Of a stretch of 64,000 bases of DNA, positions 25,799 through 37,038 are shown one piece after another. Origin of the DNA: Okamejei kenojei (Eukaryota). The translations under genes and the position numbers were made by a program. Where the stretch lies: positions 20,522,001-20,586,000 of the forward strand of contig CM069147.1 in the NCBI GenBank assembly GCA_035221665.1. The letters run 5' to 3'. Within the stretch, counting starts at the first letter, position 1, and every line of letters starts with the position of its first letter. The notes beneath the pieces were generated by a model. It was not told where the DNA came from and searched no databases. It worked only from the letters and a program-made list of their open reading frames with translations.

Positions 25799-26089
25799 CT
25801 GGCTCGACGATGTATGTGAAGCTGGCCGGTACCTTAAGGGAGATATGCGATACTAAACAGGTGTACACATCTTGACCCCGGGCAGGCTGCGCTATTTCCA
25901 AAAAGCTGGAAGCTTCATACAATCGGTCCGCATTCCTGTATTTCACGGTTTCAATGCCGGTTAGAATTTCCACATTATTTTTCCTCCAGAAGATTTCTAA
26001 TGTCTCTGGATAAAACGCATCTGTTTTACACACGAGTTTTGCAGCCAAACTCTCCTCAAGTGAAACAATTTTCAAAGGCGTTGGGGAAT
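25799..26089 (-). CDS. Ig receptor exon 3: C1-set Ig domain
   Basis: Acceptor ttcttctgcttaag, donor g/gtaaga, phase 1/1. LVCKTDAFYPETLEIFW...YTCLVSHISL has the C1 hallmarks (C-x4-FYP, W, YxCxVxHxSL). Confidence 0.9.
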
Positions 26090-26925
26090 CTTAAGCAGAA
26101 GAAAAAGTTATATTGCATGTTTCCATTACACTTCAGTGAACTATATTATAATTATATATCACGTTGGTTAACCATGGATTTTTTTGAACACTGGATATAA
26201 AAATTGAGCGATTTTAGACATTATACCAGGACGGTTAATATTTGGGTAATATGGGAGAAAGGCGCCAATGTTCTGAATGGAAATGACTGACTTCCTATGT
26301 TAACTTTAACCTTTGCGACATTATCGGTATTTCTTTTATTGAAAATAATGGTATTAATGTAGATGTCACAGATTTCTCGAGTCGGGGGTAGGGCGTAATT
26401 ACGTGCATTGATTACATTTCGGTGCTCAATTCGTTGGTCAATTGATTGTTCAGATCTTGGGATGGAGATTTTCAATGGTGCATACTTCACAATGGGAATG
26501 TTCAGAGTTCAATGCTACTGCTGTTACACGTTCATGCGTCGAGTCAAATATAAGATTTGGATATCGAAGCATCAGAAAGATACCTGGGCAATGAATGAGC
26601 ACGGGAAGCAGCTGTACGCTGAAATGGAATATCAGTGATGTTGCTGATATGGAATATCCCAACTTTAATGTTGCGTACAATACCTGCTCTAGGGAAAAGT
26701 TGCTAAAAATGTTCTCCATTTCTTTCCTCTGTGAAAAGAAAACGGACTTTCTACCACAGCTATTCATTTCAGTTCAAGACGCAGTTCAAGTCGTCCATTT
26801 CAGTATCTTTCTTGGGATTTATTAGCAGCGGGATTTTATCAAGTTGGAACATTTTATAAACGACGCATTTATATGTAAATGACAGAGAACAGAAAATCTC
26901 TTAATTTTTGAACATGTACACTCAC

Positions 26926-27231
26926 CGAACACAGTGAGCTGACAGCCACTTCCATTCCCGATGTGTTGATTCTGGTGCTTTGCTTGACAGTAATATATTC
27001 CAGAGTCTGCAACATTGACATTATGGAGAACAAATGTTCCCCTTCCGATACCTACATTAAATTGTTTTCTCGTATCTGGTTCCAATGATGTTCTCATGCC
27101 TTCTCTCCACCAAAAAACTGAAATAGTATCTTGCGATATGGGAAATTTGCAGAACATGGTAAAGTTTGCACCGATGGGAACATCTGCATCATTAGGAAAT
27201 TGATACACTGAGTTCGAAGAGACTTCCACAA
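26926..27231 (-). CDS. Ig receptor exon 2: V-set domain with built-in J-like G strand
   Basis: Acceptor ttttcggcag, donor g/gtgagt, phase 1/1. VYQFP...MFCKF...VFWW...DSGIYYC...IGNGSGCQLTV. Confidence 0.92.
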
Positions 27232-27420
27232 CTGCCGAAAATTAAGTAAGAAATTAGTTGCATATACTGGATAAGGAAAAGAATAGCAGATTAATACAAA
27301 ACACTCATGGAAGAAGGGCACCCAAATTGGGGCATTTTTGCTTTATATGCCGGATGTAAACAGGAAAAAAATGTAAAATATGAATTGCATTTCAGGAACA
27401 ACACAAATATCTTAACTCAC

Positions 27421-27475
27421 CTAGCCAAATTATACCACATAGCGCCATGTACCGTACAGGGAATTTCGCCAACAT
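27421..27475 (-). CDS. Ig receptor exon 1: signal peptide
   Basis: ATG at 27475, MLAKFPVRYMALCGIIWL, 55 bp, donor g/gtgagt. Phase 1 matches exon 2. Confidence 0.8.
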
Positions 27476-29189
27476 ATTAGGAAAAGTGGCTTGTCCACTC
27501 GTTGTAAATGAATGTGGTTTCTTTGCAAGTTAGTCTAGTAAATAGGATCTCTTGAGTACTTGTATGGAACATGTGATCTGACGTCCGATGCCACATGATT
27601 AACGGAGCTTTGTGTAGGTTAGTGTTTATCTGAGATACAATGCTCCCCCCCGCCACTCCCGGGGTGATTGCTTTTAAGTGATCTACATTTACATCCTTTA
27701 TCAAACAACTTCCACATTTCCTGATTCTGAATTCACCGTTTTGATCATTGTCGTGAACATTTTCCCACCCTTCATACAAGAGATAATTGTTGTTCAGTGA
27801 GCGCTGCTAAATATTAGTCACGGCCACTTGTGACTTAGAGCACTTCCAATTTTCCCCAACTTCCATAAAAAAAGGCTCTAAGCCGCTGGAGAAAGACATT
27901 TTATTATTCTCCAGCTCAGTTCTGCTGAGTCCAATTTTAATGTTATTGCTCGGTGGATTCTAAAGAGCTATTTCGAATGGCAACAATACTGCGACGTAAA
28001 ACTGTCCAGAATGACCAACGCTATACCACAATAACACGAAGTGTTTGAATAAAAGCGAGACACATTCAAAATTCAGTGTATTGCACGTTTTATTCCCGAT
28101 GTCGGCACGAGGCCAAGTTAGGTCATTTGCAACAGGAGGTGAAAATCAATCAAGAGCATTTTCCTTGTGTAATTCTTTGGTAATAGCGGGGGATGGCACG
28201 TCTGACCTTTACACCAGAAAGGATGTCACCCATCTATCCTTATTATTCATAACTGAAATACTTTTCTTTATTATTTTTGTGTTTAAGGAGAAAAACACTT
28301 GACTATTTTCTTCACTTACCAGAATTATTTCACCACCTCCTTTTACGTTCGCTCTCCACACTCACTCACTTTTCTAATTTGCAATAACAGATTGGAAAAC
28401 AACATTCCAGCAGATGCCTAACCAGGAAAGGCTTAACATAATTGAGTTCACTATAAATAAAGGATCGGGTGTGACTTTGAGAGTAATCTCGTATGCTCTA
28501 TCAACTTAAAATATTTGTGAAGTAACAATGACAGTTCTGCCTGTAATTCCGTCCCCTTTCATATTTTGTAAAGTTCGTTTGCACTGAAATGTTCCTTCCC
28601 TCTACGATCAGTGAAATGTGGTAATTGGGGTTAATATATCTTTTCTGTTCCATCTTCTATGTAACTATAGACATGACAGCAGATCTACTTATTTCGAATT
28701 GCATTCCCGAAAATCTGTAATAAAAGTTTGATTGCTTCAGTGTCGGCTGAGTTATTTTGATAACCTTCCTTTATTATTGAAGTTCAGAAATTAGCCAGAC
28801 TTTTGCTCTTTTAGTTGAGCCCGTTGTCTCCGATGATACTTTAATGCCAGCGCTGAATGAATGAGTGAGTTTAGCAATGGTTGCAATGCTTCTGGTACTG
28901 AAATAAACCTGAACTGAAATGTTGAGCGGAATAAAACTGAGTTACATTTGTCGTTACTGAATTTACCAATAGACCACTGAATGTTGGATGATCAATACAA
29001 CGCTGAGAACAAAAGAAAAACTGAAATCATTAAATTAAAAAACCTGGAAAATGAAGCTAAATATAAAATATTGTGTGCATCACGAATCAAGAGAACTTGG
29101 GAGAATCGGACTGCCAAAGCAATAATTGCACATCATTGTAGATTATATAACTCACGATCTTCGCGTGAAGGCTAACCATGAAGGAACAG

Positions 29190-30910
29190 CATCATGTGTA
29201 GTGCATTGAGTTCCTGGAGACTGCTGCAATAAGATTTAAAGACCGCATGGATGAACTCCAGAAATTGTTCATCCCTGTCTGGCGAAAAAATAAAACAGGG
29301 AAGGCGGCTCAACCGTGGCTAACGAGGGAAGTCAAGGATAGCGTTAAAGCCAAGGAAGAGACATATAAATTGGCCAGAAGAAGGGGCAAACCAGAGGACA
29401 TGGCAAAATTTAGAACTCAACAATGTTTTCCCGATGTTTGGAGAGTCCAGAAACAGGGTGTCACAGTTTAAGAAGAGGGTGGGGGGGGGGGGGGGGGGGG
29501 GGGGAGAGCTTGAAAGTAAGCTTGCGGGGCATATAAAAAATGACGAAAAGGTTTTTTAGGTATGTAAAAAGGAAAAGATTATTGAAGACGAATGTAGGTC
29601 CCTAACAGTCAGAGACAGATGAATTTATAATGGGAAACAAGGAAATGGCAGAACCGTTAAACGAGTACTTTGGTTATCTTCACTAAGAAAGACACAAACA
29701 ATCTTCCAGAAATACTAGGGGACCGAGGATCTAATCAGAGGGAGGAACTGAAGGGAATATACATCAGTCAGAAAATTGTGTTAGGTATTCTGTTGGGACT
29801 GAAGGCAGATACATCCCCAAGGCCAGATGGTCTACATCCCAGAGTCCTCAAGGAGATGGCCCTAGAAATCGTGGATGCGTTGGTGATAAATTTCCAATGT
29901 TCTCTCGACTCTGGATCAGTACCTGTGAACTAGAGTGTAGCCAATGTAACTCCACTTTTTAAGAAAGGGGGGAGAGAGAAAACGGGGAATTATAGACCAG
30001 TTCGGTAGTGGGGAAGATGGTGGAGTCGATTATTAAAGATGTTATAGCAGCGCATTTGGAAAGGAGTGACGGCATCTGTCAGTCAGCATGGATATATGAA
30101 GGGGAAATCATATTTGACTAAACAATTTTGAGGATGTAACAAGTAGACTGGATAAGGGAGAGCCAGTGGATGTGGTGTATCTGGACTTTCGACTTTCTTT
30201 CCACACAAGAGATTGGTGTGCAAAATTAGAACATCTGGTATTGGGGGTAGAGTTTTGACATGGATAGAGAACTAGTTGGCAGCCAGGAAGGAGAAAAGTG
30301 GGAATTAACGGGTCCTTTTCAGAATGTCAGGCAATGATTAGTGGGGCGTCGCAAGGCTCGGTGCAGGAACCCCTTTTGTTTACAATATATATTAACGATT
30401 TAAACGAGGGAAGTAAATGTAACATCTCTAAATTTGCGGATGACACAAGGCTGGGGGGCAATGTGAGCTGCGAGGGGGATGCTATGAGGCTGCAGGGTGA
30501 CTTTCATAGGTTGGGTGAGTGGGCAAAAAGGCAGATACAATAACATGTGGATAAACGTGAGGTTATCCACTTTGGTGGCAAGAACAGGAAGGCAGATATT
30601 TATCTGAATGGTGTCAGATTAGGAGAAGGGGAAGTGCAATGAGACCTGGGTGTGCTTGTACATCAGTCACTGAAAGTAAGCATGCAGGTATAGCAGGCAG
30701 TGAAGAAAGCCAATGGCATTTTGGCCTTCGTTGCGAGAGGATTTGCGTTTTAGGAGCAAGTGGGTATTACTGCAGTTGGACAGGGTCCTGGTGAGACCGC
30801 ACCTGGAGTATTGTGTGCAATTTTGATCTGCTAATTTGAGGAAGGATATTATTGCTATTGAGGGAGTGCTGCGTAGGTTCTCCAGGTTAATTCCCGGGAT
30901 GGCGGGAACG
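29190..30910 (+). mobile_element. Degenerate CR1 LINE ORF2 fragment
   Basis: ORFs 29247-30543 (PWLTREVK, SPRPDGLHPRVLKE, ISKFADDTRLGG) with many stops. Confidence 0.9.
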
Positions 30911-31039
30911 CTACTTTAACGCATTTTGTGCTCTCTCATTCCCATCAATGGCGCGCACACTCTCCCATTATGTCACCTGCCGTGAACTTTATTGAATGTT
31001 TCCTTTATCCAATTTGTAATCACATGCTCAGGTAGAGAT

Positions 31040-31370
31040 TAGTTTAGTTTAGTGATACTGCGCGCAAAATGGTCTTTCACTGCCAATCTCACAAAGCGCC
31101 GAGCAGCGATTAATCCGTACACCCCGCACTGTCCCTCACACTAGGCTCCGCTATAGGATCTTTGGTGGAGACAATCGGAGCACCCGGGGAAACACCACGC
31201 ATTCACAGGGAGAATACTGAGATAAACCAGATTGCAGATACTGCAAACTGCAGCAAAAAACAAACAAACTGCTGCGGGATCTCAATGGATCAAGCAGCAA
31301 AACTGGCGGGGAATAGACAGTCGAATGTTCAATCCACTCAATAGATACTCCCTGATCCGCTGAGTTCCTC
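31040..31370. repeat. Degenerate SINE and Penelope-like fragments
   Basis: The (agttt)n tail and ggagcacccgggggaaac-like core match the 24440 SINE. gctgagttcctcca matches the Penelope-like repeat. Confidence 0.5.
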
Positions 31371-32799
31371 CATTTATTTTTTCGTAAATTACTCCTCTTG
31401 CGTTTCAATTTAACCTCTAGCAGCCAGCGACCTTGAACCACGGAAACATTCCACAACGTCATCAGCAGGCTGGCAGCTGAAATGTTCTTCTCACGCTGTC
31501 TCTTACTAGTGAATCGAAATCCAAATATGTTTGCGGTATGTCTGTTTGTTAAAAAGAAAAATAACCTTGGTTCAATCTTTTTCGAGACATTCGAAAAGTT
31601 CGTACTTATCCAATGATAATTTGGAGCGAAATCTAAAGTAGTTCTCTCTTTCATGACTACGTGACCCTTCACCATAATGGAACAAAATATAAAAATACCT
31701 TTGAAAATGAACCGAGTAAACCTTAAATCGAGGCAAATAAGCATACATGCTGCATGTATTTGTGGGAAGCGTAGAGCAATAAATATGTCTATATTAAAAT
31801 ATGCGCAGGTCCATGTTTCGGTTCAAGACCCTTCATTAGGACTGAAAGAATAGCTGGTTGAAGGGTCCCGATCTGACACCTCGACTCACCATTTCCCTCC
31901 AGAGATGGTGCCTGATCTGCTGAGAGCCTCCTGCAGATGTTTTATTTTCTTTGCGCCAGATTCCAGTATCTGCAGGAATGGACCTCCACGCATTTAAATA
32001 TAATCATAGAACTGCTTTATGTTTCCCCAAAATACATACGACATCAACTTTCATTATTCAGAGCTTTTTGTGTTCTCAAATCCCCTCGGTGGTGTTTCAC
32101 AGGAATATGATGAACATTTTTTAATCCCTTTAATATTAAGTAACGTGACTGATTGTCTGAACAAAAATTGGATTCTAATTAGTGTTTGGACGAGATAATT
32201 TGAGAACAAATTTCAGAGTTAAGGTGTGACATTTTCACCTCGTGGCAGCGATATGAAAATAGGGGAAATTCAGGATGCGATGAGAGCAATAAGGATGTGG
32301 GTATGAAGTTCGACGTAGAGATAAGGTGTGGGGCCATGGAGAGATTTAGAAAATAAAACGGTACAGCAAAGAAACATGACCTTCAACCCACAATATCAGT
32401 GGCGAAAATGATTGCAAATCAAACTAATCTTCTCTGCCTATACATGATCCATATCCCTCTATTCCCTGCATATCCATTCTGAAAACCTCTTAAACTTTAC
32501 TTTTGTATGTCACCCATCAGTCCTTAAGAAATCTTGCCCAGCACACTTAGGTCCTCTCACCTCCCTTGTGGCCTCCAGTCTTTGACATATCCACCATAGG
32601 AAAAAGGTTCAGACTGTCTATCTTATATATGATCCTCAACTTGTGACATTCCAGAGAAAAGAATCCAAGTTTGCCCAAACTCACCTTCAGCTAATACCCT
32701 CTAATCAAGGCAGTATTCCGGTACGCCCTTTCTGGACCCTCTCCAAAGCCTCCATGTCTTTCAATCTAATTGCACACAATACTCCAAGTATAGCCCAAC

Positions 32800-33478
32800 T
32801 AACAGGCTGTGAAGGAAGCAAATGGTATGTTGGCATTCATAGCAAAAGGATTTGAGTACAAGAGCAGGGAGGTTCTACTGCAGTTGTACATGGTCTTGGT
32901 GAGGCCACACCTGTAGTATTGCGTACAGTTTTGGTCTCCTAATCTGAGGAAAGATATTCTTGCCATAGAGGGAGTACAGAGAAGGTTCACCAGACTGATT
33001 CCTGGGATGGCAGGACTTCCATGTGAAGAAAGACTGGATAGACTTGGCTTGTACTCGCTGGAATTTTGATGATTGAGGGGGGGGGATCTCATAGAGACTT
33101 ACAAAATTCTTAAGGGGTTGGACAGGCTAGATGCAGGAAGATTGTTCCCGATGTTGAGGAAGTCCAGGACAAGGGGTCACAGTTTAAGGATAAGGGGGAA
33201 GTCTTTCAGGACCGAGATGAGAAAATCATTTTTCACACAGAGAGTGGTGAATCTGTGGAATTCTCTGCCACAGAAGGTAGTTGAGGCCAGTTTGTTGGCT
33301 ATATTTAAGAGGGGATTAGATGTGGCCCTTGTGGCTAAAGGGATCAGGGGGTATGGAGAGAAGGCAGGTACAGGATACTGAGTTTAATGATCACCCATGA
33401 TCATATTGAATGGCGGTGCAGGCTTGAAGGGCTGAATGGCCTACTCCTGCACCTATGTTCTATGTTTCCATGTTTCTA
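32800..33478 (+). mobile_element. CR1 LINE 3' fragment
   Basis: ORF 33073-33381 ([12 protein letters not shown]...FFTQRVVNLWNSLP) and a tail. Confidence 0.9.
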
Positions 33479-35154
33479 AAGACTTATAAAACTACAAGAT
33501 AACCTCTTGACTTTTATATTCAATGTCCTGCCCGTATGGTAAGCAACCCAGTGCCATCTTCACCACTCCGTCTACTTGTGTTATCACTTTCATGGAGCTG
33601 TGGACTTGTTCCCCATAAATGCTGTTAAGGGTCATGCCATTAACTTTATATTTTCCCCTTACCTCCCAAAGCACAATATCTCACAGATTAAATTACATCT
33701 GCTCTTTATCCACCCATTTCAATTACTAATCCATAATTCAGTCAATGCGTTGACAACCTTTCATTTTAGTGTTCTCTGCAAAATTAATAACCGGTAAATA
33801 TTGTGCCATTATTTGAATATTAGGATTGTAATAAAGATCATGCTGGCTCAGAGAAAAAAGTAAATGATCAAGCACACAGACACTGGATGAACAGAGTGTG
33901 TTCTGTGTTGTGCACACATCATTGACACAGAGCAGGTGACCAAGACGTGCATACAAATGTGCAGAAAAAACACCTAAATGCTTATTATATGCATACACGA
34001 AGGACTACACGTAGATACACTGACAGGACTTTTTCTCTCAGCCATCCATCTATTTTCCCCTTACCCATTCCTGTGAATTTTCCTGAAAATGTAAAAGAAA
34101 AAGTAAAAATTGCTACTCAAATGTATTAATTGACATCAGTAATGCTGATCGGTGTATAAGTTGAATCTTCAGGCATATGGTGTTGGACTTGTATGGATGA
34201 ACAAACATTTGGGGATGTTTGTCACAATACTTGCATAATGAAAATGTCCTGTCACTGGGGTGTCTGAGATGAGGAGCCATGTTCTCAAAAGATAAGGTGA
34301 GTTGTTGAAGACAGAGATGAGAATATTTATTTTCCTGAAAGCAGTGAACCTTTGATGTTTTGTACTAAGGAGGGCTGTAAATGTTCAGTAGTAAAAATAC
34401 ATGCTAGTTTGTTGCTAATCTATATTCATGAATTTAATTTATTTTATTTTATTTTTCAGAATGTGTGTTCTGTTGTCATGTCTAACTGTCCCTTGGAGGT
34501 TGACATGTAGCTATCTTGTTGCACTAGGGCATTCATACTGCAAATGTACTTCAACATGCTGTTCAGTATTAAGTCTTTGAAGAACAATCTTCTTAGCCAA
34601 CTTGGTAACATCACTTTTTTCTGGATTTAACAGATGTAAATAAAATTGATTTTATCTGGGTACACTGGATGTTGGTAATATAATGAGTGGGCAGCCACTT
34701 GACAGTAATGCAAAACATAGTTGCACAAAATGAGGACTGGTGTGTGTATAATTGTGGCTCCCACCCTCTAAATTATTAGATAGATGGAGTGTTGTGTATA
34801 ATTACATTTTAGCTTAATTTTAGAACTAAATTTTGAACTATGCATTATTCCCTGAAATAAAAGCAGAAAAGCCTGTAAACACTCAGCAGTCAGCGAATAG
34901 TTGCTCAAAGAGGAACACAGGATATGTTTTGGGTTGTAACGTCTGTGAAATTGGGAACGTGAGTAAACAAGTTAGTTCAAGAGAAGGAGGGAGAAAGGAG
35001 CTGAGGACAATGTAGATATCTCTGAAGTGTGAGGCAGCTTTGTCCAGGCGATTCGACGTTTATGAACGTATTCGGTTGATGGTTGGAGAGAAAGAAACTA
35101 AAAGGACGATATAAGCAGTGAAATGCATGTTAATGATGCAATATGAATGAAGCA

Positions 35155-35312
35155 TAGAAACATAGAGAATAGGTGCAGAAAATAGTAGGCCCTTCGGCCC
35201 TTCGAGCCAGCACCGCCATTCAAAATTATCATGGCTGATCATCCAAAATCAGTACCCTGTTCCTGCTTTCTCCCCATGATTCCGTTAGCCATATGAGCTA
35301 TATCTAACTCTT
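35155..35312 (-). mobile_element. CR1 3'-tail fragment
   Basis: Matches the other CR1 3' UTR copies in the window. Confidence 0.8.
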
Positions 35313-36054
35313 AGTTATGAATTAGTTAGAAGGTGATGGAGAGTGGTCGCCAAAGAAAAGCCAACATTTGTCCTTATGGACTGAAATCAGATGCTCCACA
35401 AAGCAATCACGCAAACTGCATTTTGTTTCCATAAAGTAGATGAGGCATGAAATACAGTACATTAGTTTGTTAAAAGTTTAAGTGGATTTCTGATTCATCA
35501 GAAAGGGGTGCTTTGTTCACCCTTGTTTCGGGGAGAGATGAGGTAACTGGAGAGATATTGCATCACCTGTGATTACATGGAAAATTACACTGAGAGGAGA
35601 GGTTGATGGAGATGGCAGAATGGATCAGGGAGACATGACGGGAATTATTATTTTGTAATAGCGAGAAGGGAATTCAAAATTGGTAAGGTGAACCGTGTTG
35701 AATGAGGTGGCAATTGTGAAGAATGATTTGCTGAATCCTGAGAGCGGTCGGGTGGAAAATAAGGACCTAGAGCAAAAAGCATGAGATATCTGAGACCTTT
35801 TAGGATTCTAAATACAACCCTTGTTTAACTAAAGAGTTGGGTTTTCTTGCAGGGGACCTCGTTTTGAAGATTTTATAATCTTTAAGTAGGAACTGGTCAT
35901 TCAGAAGGAAACACAAGAAATATTATTTGGAAGATGGTAGAAGTCTGGAATTCTTTCCAGAAAAGCAGTCGATATTAATTCGCTTGACAGTTTAAAATCT
36001 GATATTTATGGAGTGGCATTAGAGGATATGAAAAAAATGCATAGTTCAGCTAGA

Positions 36055-36402
36055 GGGTTACACAAAAAGCTGGAGAAACTCAGCGGGTGCAGCAGCATCT
36101 GAGGAGCGAAGGAGATAGGCGACGTTTCGGGTCGAGACCCTTCTTCAGACTATTCAGGGATCAGGGAAACGAGAGATATAGACGGTGATGTGGAGAGATA
36201 AAGAACAATGAATGAAAGATATGCAAAAAAGTATCGATGATAAAGGGAACAAGCCATTGTAAGCTGTTTGTGGTGTGAAAATGAGAAGCTAGTGCGACCA
36301 AGGTGGGGGAGGGAGATAGAGATAGAGGGAATGCCAGGGCCCGAGTGCTGAGGGAGAGGTGGGAAGGGGAGGAGACAGCAAGGGTTAACAGAATTGAGAA
36401 AA
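36055..36402 (-). mobile_element. Penelope-like fragment with hammerhead-like motif (36121-36150) and 10-bp flanking direct repeat
   Basis: First ~95 bp are nearly identical to 19377-19472. Direct repeat ttcagctaga at 36045-36054 and 36403-36412. Confidence 0.7.
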
Positions 36403-36629
36403 TTCAGCTAGATCTCTCTTGTGGATTAGATTAATTATCAGTTGAAGTGACAACACTATTTGCAGTAATTTCTGTTTTGATGCAGATTTCAAGCATTTAC
36501 AATATTTTGTCATGAATCTAAATTCCGTTTTGATATAACGTTTTCTTGCTGCCTATTGTTCCTTTGTTCGCAGAATGCTTACGATTCTTATCAGAGTTTT
36601 CTTCCATTCCTTTTACTACCACTGGGAGG

Positions 36630-36887
36630 GGATTGTATCGATCCAATTGCTCGGCGATCTGCGGCGCATTTGCCATTGGCCACATGTGGGCAAAACCAGC
36701 ACAGAAGGTGCATTCTGAGTGGTTGCTCCTCTATAACCTTTGGTTGCAACAGCATCTGACCTTTCAGCGGCGCTGTTTCGGGAATATCGGACTTTGCGGC
36801 ACGGCAGGTTCTGCCGGGTAGTGTAGTTTCATTTGAAGAATAACACCCTGGAGTTATTAAGATTGAAAAAGGTGCAGCTGAACTGGG
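36630..36887 (+). promoter_or_regulatory. Probable OGFOD1 promoter and 5' UTR
   Basis: CpG-enriched stretch just upstream of the ATG, with CCAAT (about 36643) and ATTGG (about 36675) boxes. Confidence 0.4.
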
Positions 36888-37038
36888 ATGAGCTCGAAGA
36901 GGCTTCGGACTGAGTCGGAAAATGGTCTCGGAAGGAAAAGACAGCTGAAGAGGGAGATTGCGGAACTCAACCCGCTGTTGCTGGAAGCGAAGGAGCGAGT
37001 GAGCGAGGCCTGGAGCAGAGGGTTAGAGTACTCGCATG
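36888..37038 (+). CDS. OGFOD1: OGFOD1 exon 1
   Basis: MSSKRLRTE...WSRGLEYSH; donor g/gtgaga. Confidence 0.85.

Noticed and set aside
26930-26936. CACAGTG RSS heptamer inside the V exon
   Set aside because: It is simply the LTV codons. There is no nonamer at 12- or 23-bp spacing, and V and J are already joined.
28320-28380. Strong minus-strand donor (ctg/gtaagt) upstream of the Ig leader, as a possible 5' UTR exon
   Set aside because: A single splice signal with no other support.
31151-31744. 197-aa minus-strand ORF with an Ig E-strand-like ASLLMTLWNV
   Set aside because: No DxGxYxC motif or splice frame, and it overlaps repeat fragments.
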